Assembly: GCA_027859205.1 (NCBI GenBank)
Contig: JAQIBH010000090.1
Span: 87 to 64,086 of the forward strand
Direction of reading: 5' to 3'
Length of the DNA stretch: 64,000 nt
From: Bacteroidales bacterium
Lineage (GTDB): Bacteria > Bacteroidota > Bacteroidia > Bacteroidales > UBA12077
Under the pieces are notes generated by a model. The model did no database searches, had not been told where the DNA came from, and saw nothing but the letters and a program-made list of their open reading frames with translations. Every line of letters starts with the position of its first letter. Positions within the stretch are counted from its first letter, which is position 1. Below are positions 1 through 10,132 of this stretch, piece after piece. A program made the position numbers and the translations under genes.

Positions 1-598
1 AACTTCCCATTGAGTGGTGGTTAATTTCTTGTCCACCACCACAAATAATAATATCTTGTAAACCACTTTTAATAAAGTTATATCCTATTCCAAGTGCATG
101 TGAACCACTAGCACAAGCAGCACTTACGGTGAGATTTATTCCTCGTAGTTTAAATATAGTCGATAAATTCATTGTAATGGTAGAATTCATCGATTGAAAA
201 ATTGCTCCTGAACCTAAAAGAGCAGTATCCTTTTTTTCTTTTAATAAATCATAAGAATTAACTATTGATTTGGCTGAGCTATCATTTCCATATAATATTC
301 CAACATCGTTATTATCAAGAAAATCATCATCAATTTTTGCTTGATTTAAAGCTTCAAGGGTAGCAATATAAGCATATTCTCCTTCTTCGGCCAATCCTAT
401 TCGCTGACGACGTTTTAATTTCCCCTTTAAATCTGGACGTTCAATTATACCTGTAAGACCTGAACGAAAGCCTAAATCTTTTCTTAATTGTTCAAATCCA
501 ACTCCAGAAGCACCAACGTAAAGAGATTTATTTACTTCTTCAATATTTTTACCGATCGTAGAATAAATTCCCATTCCTGTTATTACAACTCTATTCAT
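1..598 (-). CDS. beta-ketoacyl-ACP synthase (FabB/FabF-like, aryl polyene/flexirubin-type); runs off the window edge
   Basis: Not in the ORF track. Manual translation from ATG at 598 gives MNRVVITGMGIYSTIG...NLTVSAACASGSHALG, with the catalytic Cys motif; co-oriented with fabG and the lyase. Confidence 0.9.
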   Translation of the reverse strand, partial: MNRVVITGMGIYSTIGKNIEEVNKSLYVGASGVGFEQLRKDLGFRSGLTGIIERPDLKGKLKRRQRIGLAEEGEYAYIATLEALNQAKIDDDFLDNNDVGILYGNDSSAKSIVNSYDLLKEKKDTALLGSGAIFQSMNSTITMNLSTIFKLRGINLTVSAACASGSHALGIGYNFIKSGLQDIIICGGGQEINHHSMGS

Positions 599-622
599 AG
601 ATATATTATCGTAATTTATTTA

Positions 623-1351
623 TTAAGTATAAAGTCCACCATTAACCGAAATTACTTCGCCTGTTATATACGATGCTTTTGGCGATGCTAAAAATGAAAC
701 AACACTTGCTACTTCTTCAGCATTTCCAAATCTACTCATTGGTATAAGACGTTTATATTCTTTTTCTTCAAGCTCTTTAGTCATATCTGTTTTAATAAAA
801 CCCGGAGCAACACAATTAACTGTTATATTCTTCTTTCCAACTTCTTGAGCCAACGCTTTACTAGCTGCAATAACACCACCTTTAGCTGCAGAATAATTAG
901 TTTGTCCCGGTAATCCTTTGATGCCAGATAAGGAAACAATATTGACAATTCTGCCATACCTGTTAATGATCATATCTTGCATTAAAAACTTTGTAATATA
1001 ATAAAAACTATCAAGATTTGTATTCAAAACATCCTTCCAGTCCTCATCTTTCATCCACACAATTAAAGCATCTTTTCTTATTCCTGCATTATTTATTAAT
1101 ACTTCAATAACTGACTCTGGATTTTTTTCTTTCCATTTCCCCAAAGAAGTTCTAATTTCTTCTGGATTTGCAACATCAAATTGAACTAACTCGCCAGAAC
1201 CTCCATTACTTTTTATTTGATTTAAAGTATTTTCAGCTTCTTTGGTGTTACTTCTATAATTAATTAATACATGATATCCTTGTTCCGCAATTTCTAAACA
1301 AATTGCTTTACCTATTCCTCTTGAACCACCAGTAACTAATGCAAATTTCAT
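623..1351 (-). CDS. fabG: 3-oxoacyl-ACP reductase
   Basis: TGGSRGIG, NNAG and YSAAK SDR motifs. Confidence 0.93.
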   Translation of the reverse strand: MKFALVTGGSRGIGKAICLEIAEQGYHVLINYRSNTKEAENTLNQIKSNGGSGELVQFDVANPEEIRTSLGKWKEKNPESVIEVLINNAGIRKDALIVWMKDEDWKDVLNTNLDSFYYITKFLMQDMIINRYGRIVNIVSLSGIKGLPGQTNYSAAKGGVIAASKALAQEVGKKNITVNCVAPGFIKTDMTKELEEKEYKRLIPMSRFGNAEEVASVVSFLASPKASYITGEVISVNGGLYT

Positions 1352-1356
1352 AATAA

Positions 1357-2895
1357 TTAATTTATGCGGTTTAGTTTGTTTTTAATCAAATACCGCTTAA
1401 TATTTTCAATATGTTTATATAAAGGAGCATCCTCAATAAATTTAGGAACAATTGATCTCATTTCGTCATATAACTCTTTAGCAGGTGTAGAAAGTTTGTT
1501 CTTAAAATCCATAAAATCAATAATCTGTAATAAGCTAATGAATTTAATTGCCAATATTTCAAATGTGTTTTCTACAACTTTTTTTGTCATCAAAGCAGCA
1601 TTAGTACCCATACTTACAATATCTTGGTTATCGCCATTATTAGGAATACTATGCACATACATAGGATTCGATAATGTTTGATTTTCAGCAGTTGTAGAAG
1701 TTGCTGTAAATTGAGCAGCCTGCATACCTAAGTTCAATCCTAAAACGCCTAAATTAGCAAAAGGTGGGAATTTCTCGTTTAACTTATTGTTATATAAATA
1801 ATTTAATTGTCTTTCGACAAGCATTGACATTTTAGTAATTACTATTTTTAATTTATCCATTTCTAAAGAAACGTAATCGCCGTGAAAATTACCACCATGA
1901 AAAACATCAATATTTTCACTGTCAATAATTGGATTGTCGTTTACAGAATTTACCTCATTAATTAGAACTTTCTCTACATTTTGTATAGTTTCATACACAG
2001 GGCCTAAAACTTGAGGAACGCAACGAAGTGAATAATATTCTTGTACTTTATCTTTAATAATACCAACATCAACATGGTTATATAAATGATCAGCTCTCTT
2101 TTTAATAAGTTTGCTTGATTCAACCATTTTTCGCATTTCAGCTGCAATAAGGTTTTGACCTTTGTGAAGTTTAACCTGATTTAGTTCTTTAGAAAAATGA
2201 TCGTCGTACGATTCTACAACTTCGTTAATGATACTTGATGATGCAACTGCCCAATTAAGAAGATTTTTAGAATGAATTAGATTAATAATACCTATACCTG
2301 TCATACATGAAGTACCATTAATTATGGCTAGTCCTTCACGAAGATGAACTTTTAAAGGTGAAAGCTTATTTTCATCAAAAACTTCTTTCGCCGGACGGAA
2401 TTCACCATTAAACCAAATCTCTCCTTCACCAATTAAATTTAATGCTAAATGCGACAGCTGAACTAAATCACCACTTGCACCAACGCCACCATGTTCAAAT
2501 ATTTTTGGATATAAGTCTCTATTAATGAATTCTTTAAGTAAAAATACAACTTCGTTATGAATACCCGAATAACCTCGCATTAAAGTGTTTAATCGAGTAA
2601 TCATTAGTGCCTTTACATATAAATTTGGAATTGTATTACCTGATCCGGCAGCATGACTTCGAATAAGATTGTATTGAAGTGCTTTTTGATCCTCATCGCT
2701 AATTTTATATTGAGCCATTGGACCAAAACAGGTATTTATTCCATAAATAACCTTGTTTTTAGAAAATTCGTCCAAGAAATTAAAATTATCTTGTACTTTT
2801 TCTAAAGCTTTAGTATTTAAATCAACTTTTTCTCCTTCAAAAAGAATTTTATTAAAATCTTCAAGATTCAGATTTTCTTCCCCAATAATTATCAT
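1357..2895 (-). CDS. MIO-dependent aromatic amino acid ammonia-lyase, tyrosine ammonia-lyase-like (Flavobacterium FjTAL type)
   Basis: GASGD MIO motif, LQYNLIRSH, QEYYSLRCVPQ, HGGNFHG, NQDIVSMG; context beside KS and FabG as in flexirubin clusters. Confidence 0.88.
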   Translation of the reverse strand: MIIIGEENLNLEDFNKILFEGEKVDLNTKALEKVQDNFNFLDEFSKNKVIYGINTCFGPMAQYKISDEDQKALQYNLIRSHAAGSGNTIPNLYVKALMITRLNTLMRGYSGIHNEVVFLLKEFINRDLYPKIFEHGGVGASGDLVQLSHLALNLIGEGEIWFNGEFRPAKEVFDENKLSPLKVHLREGLAIINGTSCMTGIGIINLIHSKNLLNWAVASSSIINEVVESYDDHFSKELNQVKLHKGQNLIAAEMRKMVESSKLIKKRADHLYNHVDVGIIKDKVQEYYSLRCVPQVLGPVYETIQNVEKVLINEVNSVNDNPIIDSENIDVFHGGNFHGDYVSLEMDKLKIVITKMSMLVERQLNYLYNNKLNEKFPPFANLGVLGLNLGMQAAQFTATSTTAENQTLSNPMYVHSIPNNGDNQDIVSMGTNAALMTKKVVENTFEILAIKFISLLQIIDFMDFKNKLSTPAKELYDEMRSIVPKFIEDAPLYKHIENIKRYLIKNKLNRIN

Positions 2896-2962
2896 CTCCG
2901 TTGTATGTTGTTTAAATTGGTTAATATAAGCGCGTTAGCATTTAAGTTGTTTTTTGAATATG

Positions 2963-2970
2963 CAAATTTA
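2963..2970 (-). promoter_or_regulatory. Bacteroidota -7 promoter box (TAAATTTG) for the lyase-fabG-KS operon
   Basis: Matches TAnnTTTG about 70 nt upstream of the start. Confidence 0.55.
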
Positions 2971-3086
2971 ATAAATACTTTGAAGAATCCTTAAATTCCA
3001 AACCGTTTTAGTAGAAATTTTGGTGAATTCATGAAAACCGTAAACAAACGTGGTTTTTATAGAGCATGTAATTTATTTTAATATAT

Positions 3087-3094
3087 TAATTTTG
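3087..3094 (+). promoter_or_regulatory. Bacteroidota -7 promoter box (TAATTTTG) for the divergent ACP/BtrH operon
   Basis: Matches TAnnTTTG upstream of 3200. Confidence 0.45.
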
Positions 3095-3199
3095 GCCCTA
3101 AGTTAATTTGAATTATTTTCGTGATCTTAATCTTAAATCACAACAATACAGATAATTTAGAAATTTTAAAGCTAAAATAATTGTTGAAAACCGTAGTAC

Positions 3200-3700
3200 A
3201 TGAAAGAAAAAGATGCTTACATAGAATATGAACCGCAACAACTGATAATGTATGTTGAAAAGGAAGACGGTACATTTGGTCCTATTCAAACAGGCTCGTT
3301 TATCTCAAAAAATTACTTAGATGATTTTTGGGAGAAAATGCTTAAGCTAAGAAAATCTTTACTGGAACAGTTGAAAAATAATGAAATAACTTGCGTTTAT
3401 TTTTATAAAATCATTCATGATTTTAATGATGTTGAATTAGCTCGTAGGGCAGGAATTCCTATTTATAAAGTTAAGAAACATCAAAAAGTAAAATCATTCA
3501 AAAATATAAAGTTGTTGGATTTACAAAAATATGCTTATGCTTTTGATGTTCCCGTTTCAAACCTATTTCAAGCAGTAGTTGTTGATGATAACGAAAATAG
3601 GGCTGAGACAGAATTAGAGAAACAACCAATAATTGTTAAGCAAATTAAAACAGATAATCCAAATTTAGTAATTACAAAAATAGAAGTAAATAAAAAATGA
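3200..3700 (+). CDS. Small protein with XRE/HTH-like C-terminal part, of the kind found before BtrH-like genes in flexirubin-type clusters
   Basis: ELARRAGIPIYKVKKH...LQKYAYAFDVPVSNL helix-turn-helix-like pattern; ATGA overlap with the next gene. Confidence 0.6.
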   Translation: MKEKDAYIEYEPQQLIMYVEKEDGTFGPIQTGSFISKNYLDDFWEKMLKLRKSLLEQLKNNEITCVYFYKIIHDFNDVELARRAGIPIYKVKKHQKVKSFKNIKLLDLQKYAYAFDVPVSNLFQAVVVDDNENRAETELEKQPIIVKQIKTDNPNLVITKIEVNKK

Positions 3701-4710
3701 TAATAGAATCTTTTAATCATAAAATGGCTGCTCACTGCGAGTCTGGAACACTGACAGCATTGATAAAACATAAAGGACTTGAAATAAAGGAACCAATGAT
3801 TTTTGGTTTAGGAAGCGGTATGTATTTTGGATATTTAAGTCGTACTCCTAATTTAAGCTTCCCAATGTTTATTTTAAGAACCAAACCTGGAAAGTTAAGG
3901 AAGAAAATTGCTAAAAGAACTGATATAAAATTTATAACTCAAAAATTCAAAGATCAAGAAAAAGCAGAACAGGAATTGGATCGACTAATTGGAGAAGATA
4001 TTCCTGTTGCTTGCCAAGTTGATTTTTATTATATGGATTATATACCACAATGGGAAAGAGTTCATGCTAATATCCATTTTATTACAATTATTGGAAAAGA
4101 GGGAGACGAATATATCGTTAGTGATAGCTATTACCCGAAATTAGCTAGAATACATAAAGATAAATTGCGAAAAGCTAGATTTGCAGGTGGGTATTTAGCT
4201 CCAAAAGGTTTTATGTATTACATTGAATCTGTTCCAGAAAGTATCGATTATAAGCAATTAATTCCAGTAGCGATTAAAAATACAATAAACAATATGATTG
4301 GTGTTCAGCCACCTTTTATTGGAGTTAGAGGGATTCGAACTTTTGCTAAAAAACTTCAAGGATGGCCTAAATTAACGAGAGATGTTGATCATTTATCGCA
4401 CGAGGTGATGAAAATTAATGTTTTTCTTGAAGATCAAGGAACTGGTGGAGGTGGATTTCGATTTTTATATGCTACGTTTCTTCGTCAAGCTTCAGAAATT
4501 CTTAATAATAAAGAATTAGATGAAATGTCAAAAAAGATGATGGAAATAGGAGATGGTTGGAGAAATATTTCTTACTTTGCAGCCAAGATCGGGAAAAACA
4601 GAGATTTAGAATCGGATAGACTTCAAGAACTTGGCCAATTGATAAATGAAAGAGCCGAAGCAGAAGATAAATTTTATAATGAATTAAAAACAGTAGTTAA
4701 TAATATTTAA
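3697..4710 (+). CDS. BtrH-like (papain/C39-fold) ACP-dependent acyltransferase
   Basis: N-terminal AAHCESG Cys motif, HFITIIG His, VSDS Asp, GTGGGGFRFLY C-terminal motif. Confidence 0.8.
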   Translation: MIIESFNHKMAAHCESGTLTALIKHKGLEIKEPMIFGLGSGMYFGYLSRTPNLSFPMFILRTKPGKLRKKIAKRTDIKFITQKFKDQEKAEQELDRLIGEDIPVACQVDFYYMDYIPQWERVHANIHFITIIGKEGDEYIVSDSYYPKLARIHKDKLRKARFAGGYLAPKGFMYYIESVPESIDYKQLIPVAIKNTINNMIGVQPPFIGVRGIRTFAKKLQGWPKLTRDVDHLSHEVMKINVFLEDQGTGGGGFRFLYATFLRQASEILNNKELDEMSKKMMEIGDGWRNISYFAAKIGKNRDLESDRLQELGQLINERAEAEDKFYNELKTVVNNI

Positions 4711-4722
4711 TATTTAGGTAGA

Positions 4723-4998
4723 ATGGGAGAAAATGTTGGTACAGATCTGAAAGCGGATATTAAGAAAATGATTATTGAAACATTAAATATAGAAGATGTT
4801 ACATCAGAGGATATTGGTGATGAATTAATCCTTTTTGGTGGCGATAATACTTTAGGTTTAGATTCAATTGATGCAATAGAGCTTGTAATGGCACTTCAAC
4901 GAGATTTTAAAGTTCGTCTTGATGATCAAAATCTTGCTCGTGAGGTATTAGTAAATGTTAATTCAATTGCAAATTTTATTCAAAGCAAATCAGAATAG
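4723..4998 (+). CDS. Acyl carrier protein
   Basis: Acidic 91 aa; LGLDSIDAIEL phosphopantetheine site. Confidence 0.92.
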   Translation: MGENVGTDLKADIKKMIIETLNIEDVTSEDIGDELILFGGDNTLGLDSIDAIELVMALQRDFKVRLDDQNLAREVLVNVNSIANFIQSKSE

Positions 4999-5034
4999 AA
5001 ACTTACAAATTATAATTCCAATTAAAATTAGAAT

Positions 5035-6123
5035 ATGAAAAGTGCTTACCTGTTAGCCGGGATGAGACTATCTAGATTCATAAAAATTATTATGAAAAAT
5101 GGAATGTGTTTTTATCCTAAATATTTGGTGAGATTTCTATTTCTTTTTCAGAATGGAATATGGGCTTCAATTTTTCATAGAAAAGAAAAATCTATATATG
5201 GAGATAGAATTAAAACGCATAAATTATCTGATGATCCAATAATAATAATAGGACATTGGAGAACAGGTAGTACTTTTTTACATCAGTTATTAGCTTTTGA
5301 TTCCAATTTAGTAACTTCAAATGTTTTTCAGGGGTCAATTCCCGACAGCTTTTTAACATCGAGAAAATCTTATGAACCAATTATGGGTAGAGCTCTTAAA
5401 GGTACTCGACCAATGGATCAGGTAAAACTTAGTATGGATGAGCCTTTGGAGGACGAATATGCACTTTTCCGATTAACAAGTTATTCACCACTTGAACATG
5501 TAATTTTTCCAAAATCAAAGGAATATTTTTTGAATCATTTTCCTGATTTTTTGCCCACAAACGAAAAACTTTTAAAGTGGAAAGAGGCCGTTAAATATTT
5601 TTATAAAAAGTTAACGCTTGAAAATAATAAAGTTATTTTGATTAAAAATCCATTTCATTCTTTTAGGATTAAAGTATTAAATGAAATATTCCCAAATGCC
5701 AGATATATTCATATTATTCGTCATCCACATAAAGTAGTACCTTCTACTATTCGTATGTGGAATATTGTTGGTACTCAAAACAGTATGAATAATAAATGGA
5801 CAAAACCAAAAGTACATGAAACAAGTAATTTACTAGTAAAGATGATGCAGAAGGTTGACTCAGACTTGTCGGAAATATCGAAAGATCGGTATTTCGAAAT
5901 AAAGTTCGAGGATTTGGAGAAAGATCCGATAAATGAAATAAAATCAATTTATAAGCATCTAAATGTTGATTTTTCAAGTGAATTTGAGAAACAAATTAAT
6001 AAGTTTTTAATTTCAGTAAAGGAATACCAAAAAAATAAATATATAATGCCGGAAGGCGATAAGCTGGAAATCAATAACATCCTAAAATCGTGGATGGCAG
6101 AGAAGAATTATAGTTTGGATTAG
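5035..6123 (+). CDS. PAPS-dependent sulfotransferase (Sulfotransfer_3-like)
   Basis: GHWRTGSTFLH 5'-PSB loop, KNPFH, IIRHP..VVPS 3'-PB motif, FEDL. Confidence 0.88.
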   Translation: MKSAYLLAGMRLSRFIKIIMKNGMCFYPKYLVRFLFLFQNGIWASIFHRKEKSIYGDRIKTHKLSDDPIIIIGHWRTGSTFLHQLLAFDSNLVTSNVFQGSIPDSFLTSRKSYEPIMGRALKGTRPMDQVKLSMDEPLEDEYALFRLTSYSPLEHVIFPKSKEYFLNHFPDFLPTNEKLLKWKEAVKYFYKKLTLENNKVILIKNPFHSFRIKVLNEIFPNARYIHIIRHPHKVVPSTIRMWNIVGTQNSMNNKWTKPKVHETSNLLVKMMQKVDSDLSEISKDRYFEIKFEDLEKDPINEIKSIYKHLNVDFSSEFEKQINKFLISVKEYQKNKYIMPEGDKLEINNILKSWMAEKNYSLD

Positions 6124-6178
6124 ATTATTTTTTTGATAATTTTATCCGATTGAAAATAAAGAAAATAAGAGTATATAT

Positions 6179-7453
6179 ATGAAATTTCAGTTAATATTTC
6201 CAAAATGGAGAAAGCTTGAGGGGCAAACAACTTTTAACTTACCACCTCATGGAGCAGTAGTTTTTGCAGCAACAATACCAGATTATGTTGAAGTTGAGTT
6301 TATTGATAATAATCTTGAGGAACTTAAATATGACGATGATGTTGATTTTGTTGGCATCTCGATGCTATTGACCACTCAAATTAAAAACGGATGGGCAATT
6401 GCAGATGAATACAGGAAACGTGGTAAAAAAGTTATATTCGGTGGTATAGCAACAATGTTACATGCCGAAGAAACAATGCTGCATGCGGATTCTGTTTTTC
6501 TTGGTGAGGCCGAAAGTCATATGGATAAGGTATTCAGTGATTTTAAAAACGGCGAATTAAAGCAAGTATATAATCATATGAATGATTTGCCTCCAATAGA
6601 AATTGTGGGTCCAGCTCGTCGCGATTTATATAAACGCGAATTATATTACCACAAAGGAGTGCAAATGGTTGATTTATTTCATGCCTCTCGTGGTTGTAAA
6701 TATAGCTGTTATCCTTGTGCAGTATCCTATTTAGGAGGAAGAAATTTTCGTCCAAGACCAATTGATAAAGTTGTTGAAGAGCTTGCTACAATTGAAAATA
6801 ATAGACTGTTTATTGTCGATAACTCATTGGCACAAGATACACAGTGGGAAAAAGATTTGTTTAAGGAAATGATACCCTTTAAGAAAAAATGGGTTAGTCA
6901 TACTATCGAAGATAAACCGGAAGTTTTGGATTTGGCCGCTCAGGCCGGTGCATGGTACGTTTATCAAGCGGTTTTCGATACTTCTGATTATATTAGAAGA
7001 CGCGTTAAACAATATCATGATTATGGAATTGGTGTTGAAGGTACAATCCTTTTGGGCTTGGATAATCAAACAGAAGATGATATAAAAAGGTTAATTGATT
7101 TCTTATTAGAAATTGATCTTGATTTGGCGGAATTTACAGTATTGGCTCCATTTCCACATACAAAGGCGTATGTTGATTTAGTAAAACAAAACCGTATCTT
7201 TAATAAAGATTGGAACGATTATAACGCTGGGCAGGTGGTATATCAACCAAAACATATGAGTCCTGAGAGATTACAGGAATTGTATCAATATGCGTGGGAT
7301 ACATTTTATAAAGATGAATCTCAAGAAGAAAAAATGTTTAAGCTTTTGAAAAAAGTAGTTTCTCGTGAAATAGAAGATGGAACTTTCAGAAAACCTGTAA
7401 AAGATTTATCAAGATTAAGCTTTGGTAAAAATGTTAAACATAAAATTTCGTAA
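6179..7453 (+). CDS. Cobalamin-binding radical SAM protein (class B methyltransferase-like)
   Basis: N-terminal B12-binding domain (GGIATM), SRGCKYSCYPC CxxxCxxC, LAPFPHT. Confidence 0.88.
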   Translation: MKFQLIFPKWRKLEGQTTFNLPPHGAVVFAATIPDYVEVEFIDNNLEELKYDDDVDFVGISMLLTTQIKNGWAIADEYRKRGKKVIFGGIATMLHAEETMLHADSVFLGEAESHMDKVFSDFKNGELKQVYNHMNDLPPIEIVGPARRDLYKRELYYHKGVQMVDLFHASRGCKYSCYPCAVSYLGGRNFRPRPIDKVVEELATIENNRLFIVDNSLAQDTQWEKDLFKEMIPFKKKWVSHTIEDKPEVLDLAAQAGAWYVYQAVFDTSDYIRRRVKQYHDYGIGVEGTILLGLDNQTEDDIKRLIDFLLEIDLDLAEFTVLAPFPHTKAYVDLVKQNRIFNKDWNDYNAGQVVYQPKHMSPERLQELYQYAWDTFYKDESQEEKMFKLLKKVVSREIEDGTFRKPVKDLSRLSFGKNVKHKIS

Positions 7454-7467
7454 TAAATATTTATAAC

Positions 7468-7845
7468 ATGAACACTAAAGTTGATGATTATCAAGATCAG
7501 GTTTATAATTTTAATGGATTGTGGGATCTCCCTTCAATTTGTGGATTGAAAATTGTAAAAAAAGGAAAGAATACTTTTATTATTGTAACAGATTTATATG
7601 ACGAAAATCCTGGAACATCGATAACAGAATGGAATACAAAGCTTGCAAAAGAGATTTGTGATAAATATAGCATTGATTATAATCAGATAATTTATATTGA
7701 ACATACTCCTAATAAACAAACGAAACTATCATTTAATCAAGAATCGTTTTTTAAAGTTAGCTTTGATATTTATGATGATAAATTTGAAAATCCTCAATGG
7801 CAAGAAATAACAAAAGAAGAAATTGATAAATTATTAACTGTTTAA
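7468..7845 (+). CDS. Hypothetical protein within the ACP operon
   Basis: 125-aa ORF tightly spaced between the radical SAM and ACP genes; NPGTSITE and IEH motifs. Confidence 0.75.
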   Translation: MNTKVDDYQDQVYNFNGLWDLPSICGLKIVKKGKNTFIIVTDLYDENPGTSITEWNTKLAKEICDKYSIDYNQIIYIEHTPNKQTKLSFNQESFFKVSFDIYDDKFENPQWQEITKEEIDKLLTV

Positions 7846-7856
7846 ATTATAATATA

Positions 7857-8159
7857 ATGGCTCAAATTACAGATAAAACGAGGGATGAAGTTAAGGAAGT
7901 TGTTTTGGATTTTTTTGCTGAGGAATGTGAAATGGAGCTTGATGAAATATCTGAAGATTCAAATATCATAAGTGATTTAGATGGCGACTCTTTAATGTTT
8001 TTAGAATTAATTGAAATATTCAAAAAGAAGTTTAATTTAAATATAGAATTAAAAACAATTGGGAAATACTCTATAAAGAATCCGGTTCAAACTATTGGCG
8101 AATTAATTGATATGCAATTGCTTATTATTGAGCATGAAAACAACATTCTTGATATGTAA
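7857..8159 (+). CDS. Acyl carrier protein (second, divergent)
   Basis: Acidic 100 aa; DLDGDSLMFLEL Ser site. Confidence 0.85.
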   Translation: MAQITDKTRDEVKEVVLDFFAEECEMELDEISEDSNIISDLDGDSLMFLELIEIFKKKFNLNIELKTIGKYSIKNPVQTIGELIDMQLLIIEHENNILDM

Positions 8160-8168
8160 AACAATCAC

Positions 8169-8540
8169 ATGATTTTTGGATGTGGTATTGATATAGAAGA
8201 AATAGAAAGATTTAATAAACATTATTTTGATAAAGGTATATTATCGAATTTAGTTTATGATATTTTTACATCTAAAGAAATTGAAAACTTTTCAGTTTTT
8301 GGGAAAGAAGCCTTTTTAAAAGGCTTTTCTTTTAAAGAAGCATTTTATAAAGCACTAGATAATACAGATGTAGATTTCAAAGACATAGAAATTATTTTTT
8401 CAAACGATAAGGATTTTGAGATTTTTACCTCAAATAGAATAAAGGAGATACTTATGAAGGAAAGAATTACTGATATCACTGCAAGTTTTCATATAAGTGA
8501 CCAGTACGTTGTTTTCAAGGTTTTGTTAAAAAAATTATAA
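8169..8540 (+). CDS. acpS: Holo-ACP synthase (AcpS-type 4'-phosphopantetheinyl transferase)
   Basis: GIDIEEIERF and FSFKEAFYKAL motifs. Confidence 0.82.
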   Translation: MIFGCGIDIEEIERFNKHYFDKGILSNLVYDIFTSKEIENFSVFGKEAFLKGFSFKEAFYKALDNTDVDFKDIEIIFSNDKDFEIFTSNRIKEILMKERITDITASFHISDQYVVFKVLLKKL

Positions 8541-8543
8541 ATA

Positions 8544-9473
8544 ATGAGTAATAAAACAGCTTTTGTTTTTCCTGCATTTATTACTGAGTTTACTGAAAAG
8601 GAATTAGATTTTCTAAGCGAAAATTCCATTGATTTTACTAATTATTTGCAAAGAGCCTCTTCAGCTATAAATCTTGATTTACCAGAGTTTTCATATAGTT
8701 CAAATAATTATAGAAACAACGAGTTAAAGTCGCAACTTTTGGCATATTTATTTAGTTGTGCTTTTTTTGATATAGCAGAAAAAAAAGGTGTTGTGCCTCA
8801 TTTTGTAGTTGGATATAGTATGGGGATATACGCATCATTATATGCTGCGAAATCTATTTCCTTAGAAGAAGGTGTAAAATTAATTCATAAGGCTTATACA
8901 ATTGTTCATGAATTAACTAAAACTGAAATTTATGGAATGGGTGCAATCATAGGATTGCCAATAAAGGATATTGAGTATATTATAACTGAAAGTAAATTAG
9001 ATGCAGATATTATTAATATAAATAATGAACATTCATTTGTTATTGCGGGAAAAAAGAAAGAAGTGAATTTGGTTCTTGAAAAGGCAAAAGAGGAGGGTGC
9101 GATGTCAACAGTTGAACTTACTGTTAATACACCTTATCATTCAAAATATTTATCAAAATTTACAGATAGCCTTAAACAATATATTGATACTATTCCTATA
9201 AGCAATGCTGAGATTCCAATTATATCTACCTATGATCAAAGAGAAATAGTTAAAGTATCTGAAATTAAATCTGAATTAATATTTAATTTAACATGTAAAA
9301 TTAATTGGTATAAAACAGTGCAGAAATTGCTTAAGAAAGGTGTAAGTGATATTTATGAATGTGGTGCCGGAAAGGATTTGAAGAAAATTTCAAGATTCAT
9401 TAAAGGTGATTATCGTATGAACTTAATTTATAAAATATTAAAGGAGCCTAAAAAAGACTCCTTTTCTATATGA
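8544..9473 (+). CDS. ACP S-acyltransferase (FabD-like)
   Basis: AFVFP start, GYSMG nucleophile elbow, PYHS, ECGAG. Confidence 0.82.
   Translation: MSNKTAFVFPAFITEFTEKELDFLSENSIDFTNYLQRASSAINLDLPEFSYSSNNYRNNELKSQLLAYLFSCAFFDIAEKKGVVPHFVVGYSMGIYASLYAAKSISLEEGVKLIHKAYTIVHELTKTEIYGMGAIIGLPIKDIEYIITESKLDADIININNEHSFVIAGKKKEVNLVLEKAKEEGAMSTVELTVNTPYHSKYLSKFTDSLKQYIDTIPISNAEIPIISTYDQREIVKVSEIKSELIFNLTCKINWYKTVQKLLKKGVSDIYECGAGKDLKKISRFIKGDYRMNLIYKILKEPKKDSFSI
9440..9464. terminator. Hairpin between convergent genes, lying inside the FabD-like 3' end
   Basis: AAAGGAG-N11-CTCCTTT. Confidence 0.45.
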
Positions 9474-9484
9474 AATATAAGATA

Positions 9485-10096
9485 TTATTTAAAAGCTTTT
9501 TTCACTAAAAATGCTCCAAGAGATTTTCCACCTTTAGCATATGATTCTTGAATTCTGTATCCAGCATCATAATCATTTCCCATACCACGACCAGGAACTT
9601 TTGTCATAGTAATAACAGCTAAAACATTTTCTTTATTCTCCGTTTCAACAAATTTTACTTCAAGATTAATCATGGCATCTTTTTTCATAATTCCAATGTT
9701 AAATCCAGGTTCTGTAAAAGTTGTTTTTACAATTAATGTGTATTTAGCATTAATATTTGTTTGATCGAAATTACAGTTAGCTTTTGCAGCGTAATTATTC
9801 ATTAATTCTTCAAATTTTGGGTGAAATCTACCTTCTCTATCTGCTTCCCAATTATCTTTCCATGTATCACCTTTTCCTGCTTCAGCCTCATTATATTCAG
9901 CAACTTTTTTATTTACATAATCTTCTTCTTTATCAAACTTTCCAACTGCCATTTCACTATAGTCATATTCTAATAGTACTTCTGTTTGTCCTTTTAAGAA
10001 ACTTAAATCACCTTCAGTTACCTTAATTTTTTGCGCTTGAACAGCGGTTACACTTAGTACAACAAGCGCAGCTACAATAGTTTTTAAAATCTTCAT
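9485..10096 (-). CDS. Exported hypothetical protein
   Basis: Sec signal peptide ending AVQA/Q; 203 aa. Confidence 0.8.
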   Translation of the reverse strand: MKILKTIVAALVVLSVTAVQAQKIKVTEGDLSFLKGQTEVLLEYDYSEMAVGKFDKEEDYVNKKVAEYNEAEAGKGDTWKDNWEADREGRFHPKFEELMNNYAAKANCNFDQTNINAKYTLIVKTTFTEPGFNIGIMKKDAMINLEVKFVETENKENVLAVITMTKVPGRGMGNDYDAGYRIQESYAKGGKSLGAFLVKKAFK

Positions 10097-10132
10097 AGTT
10101 TATAGTTTTAATAGTTTAGTACGATTAAAAAA

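Noticed and set aside
1357-2895. Histidine ammonia-lyase hutH
   Set aside because: No hutU/I/G nearby; sequence and KS/FabG context fit the flexirubin-type tyrosine ammonia-lyase
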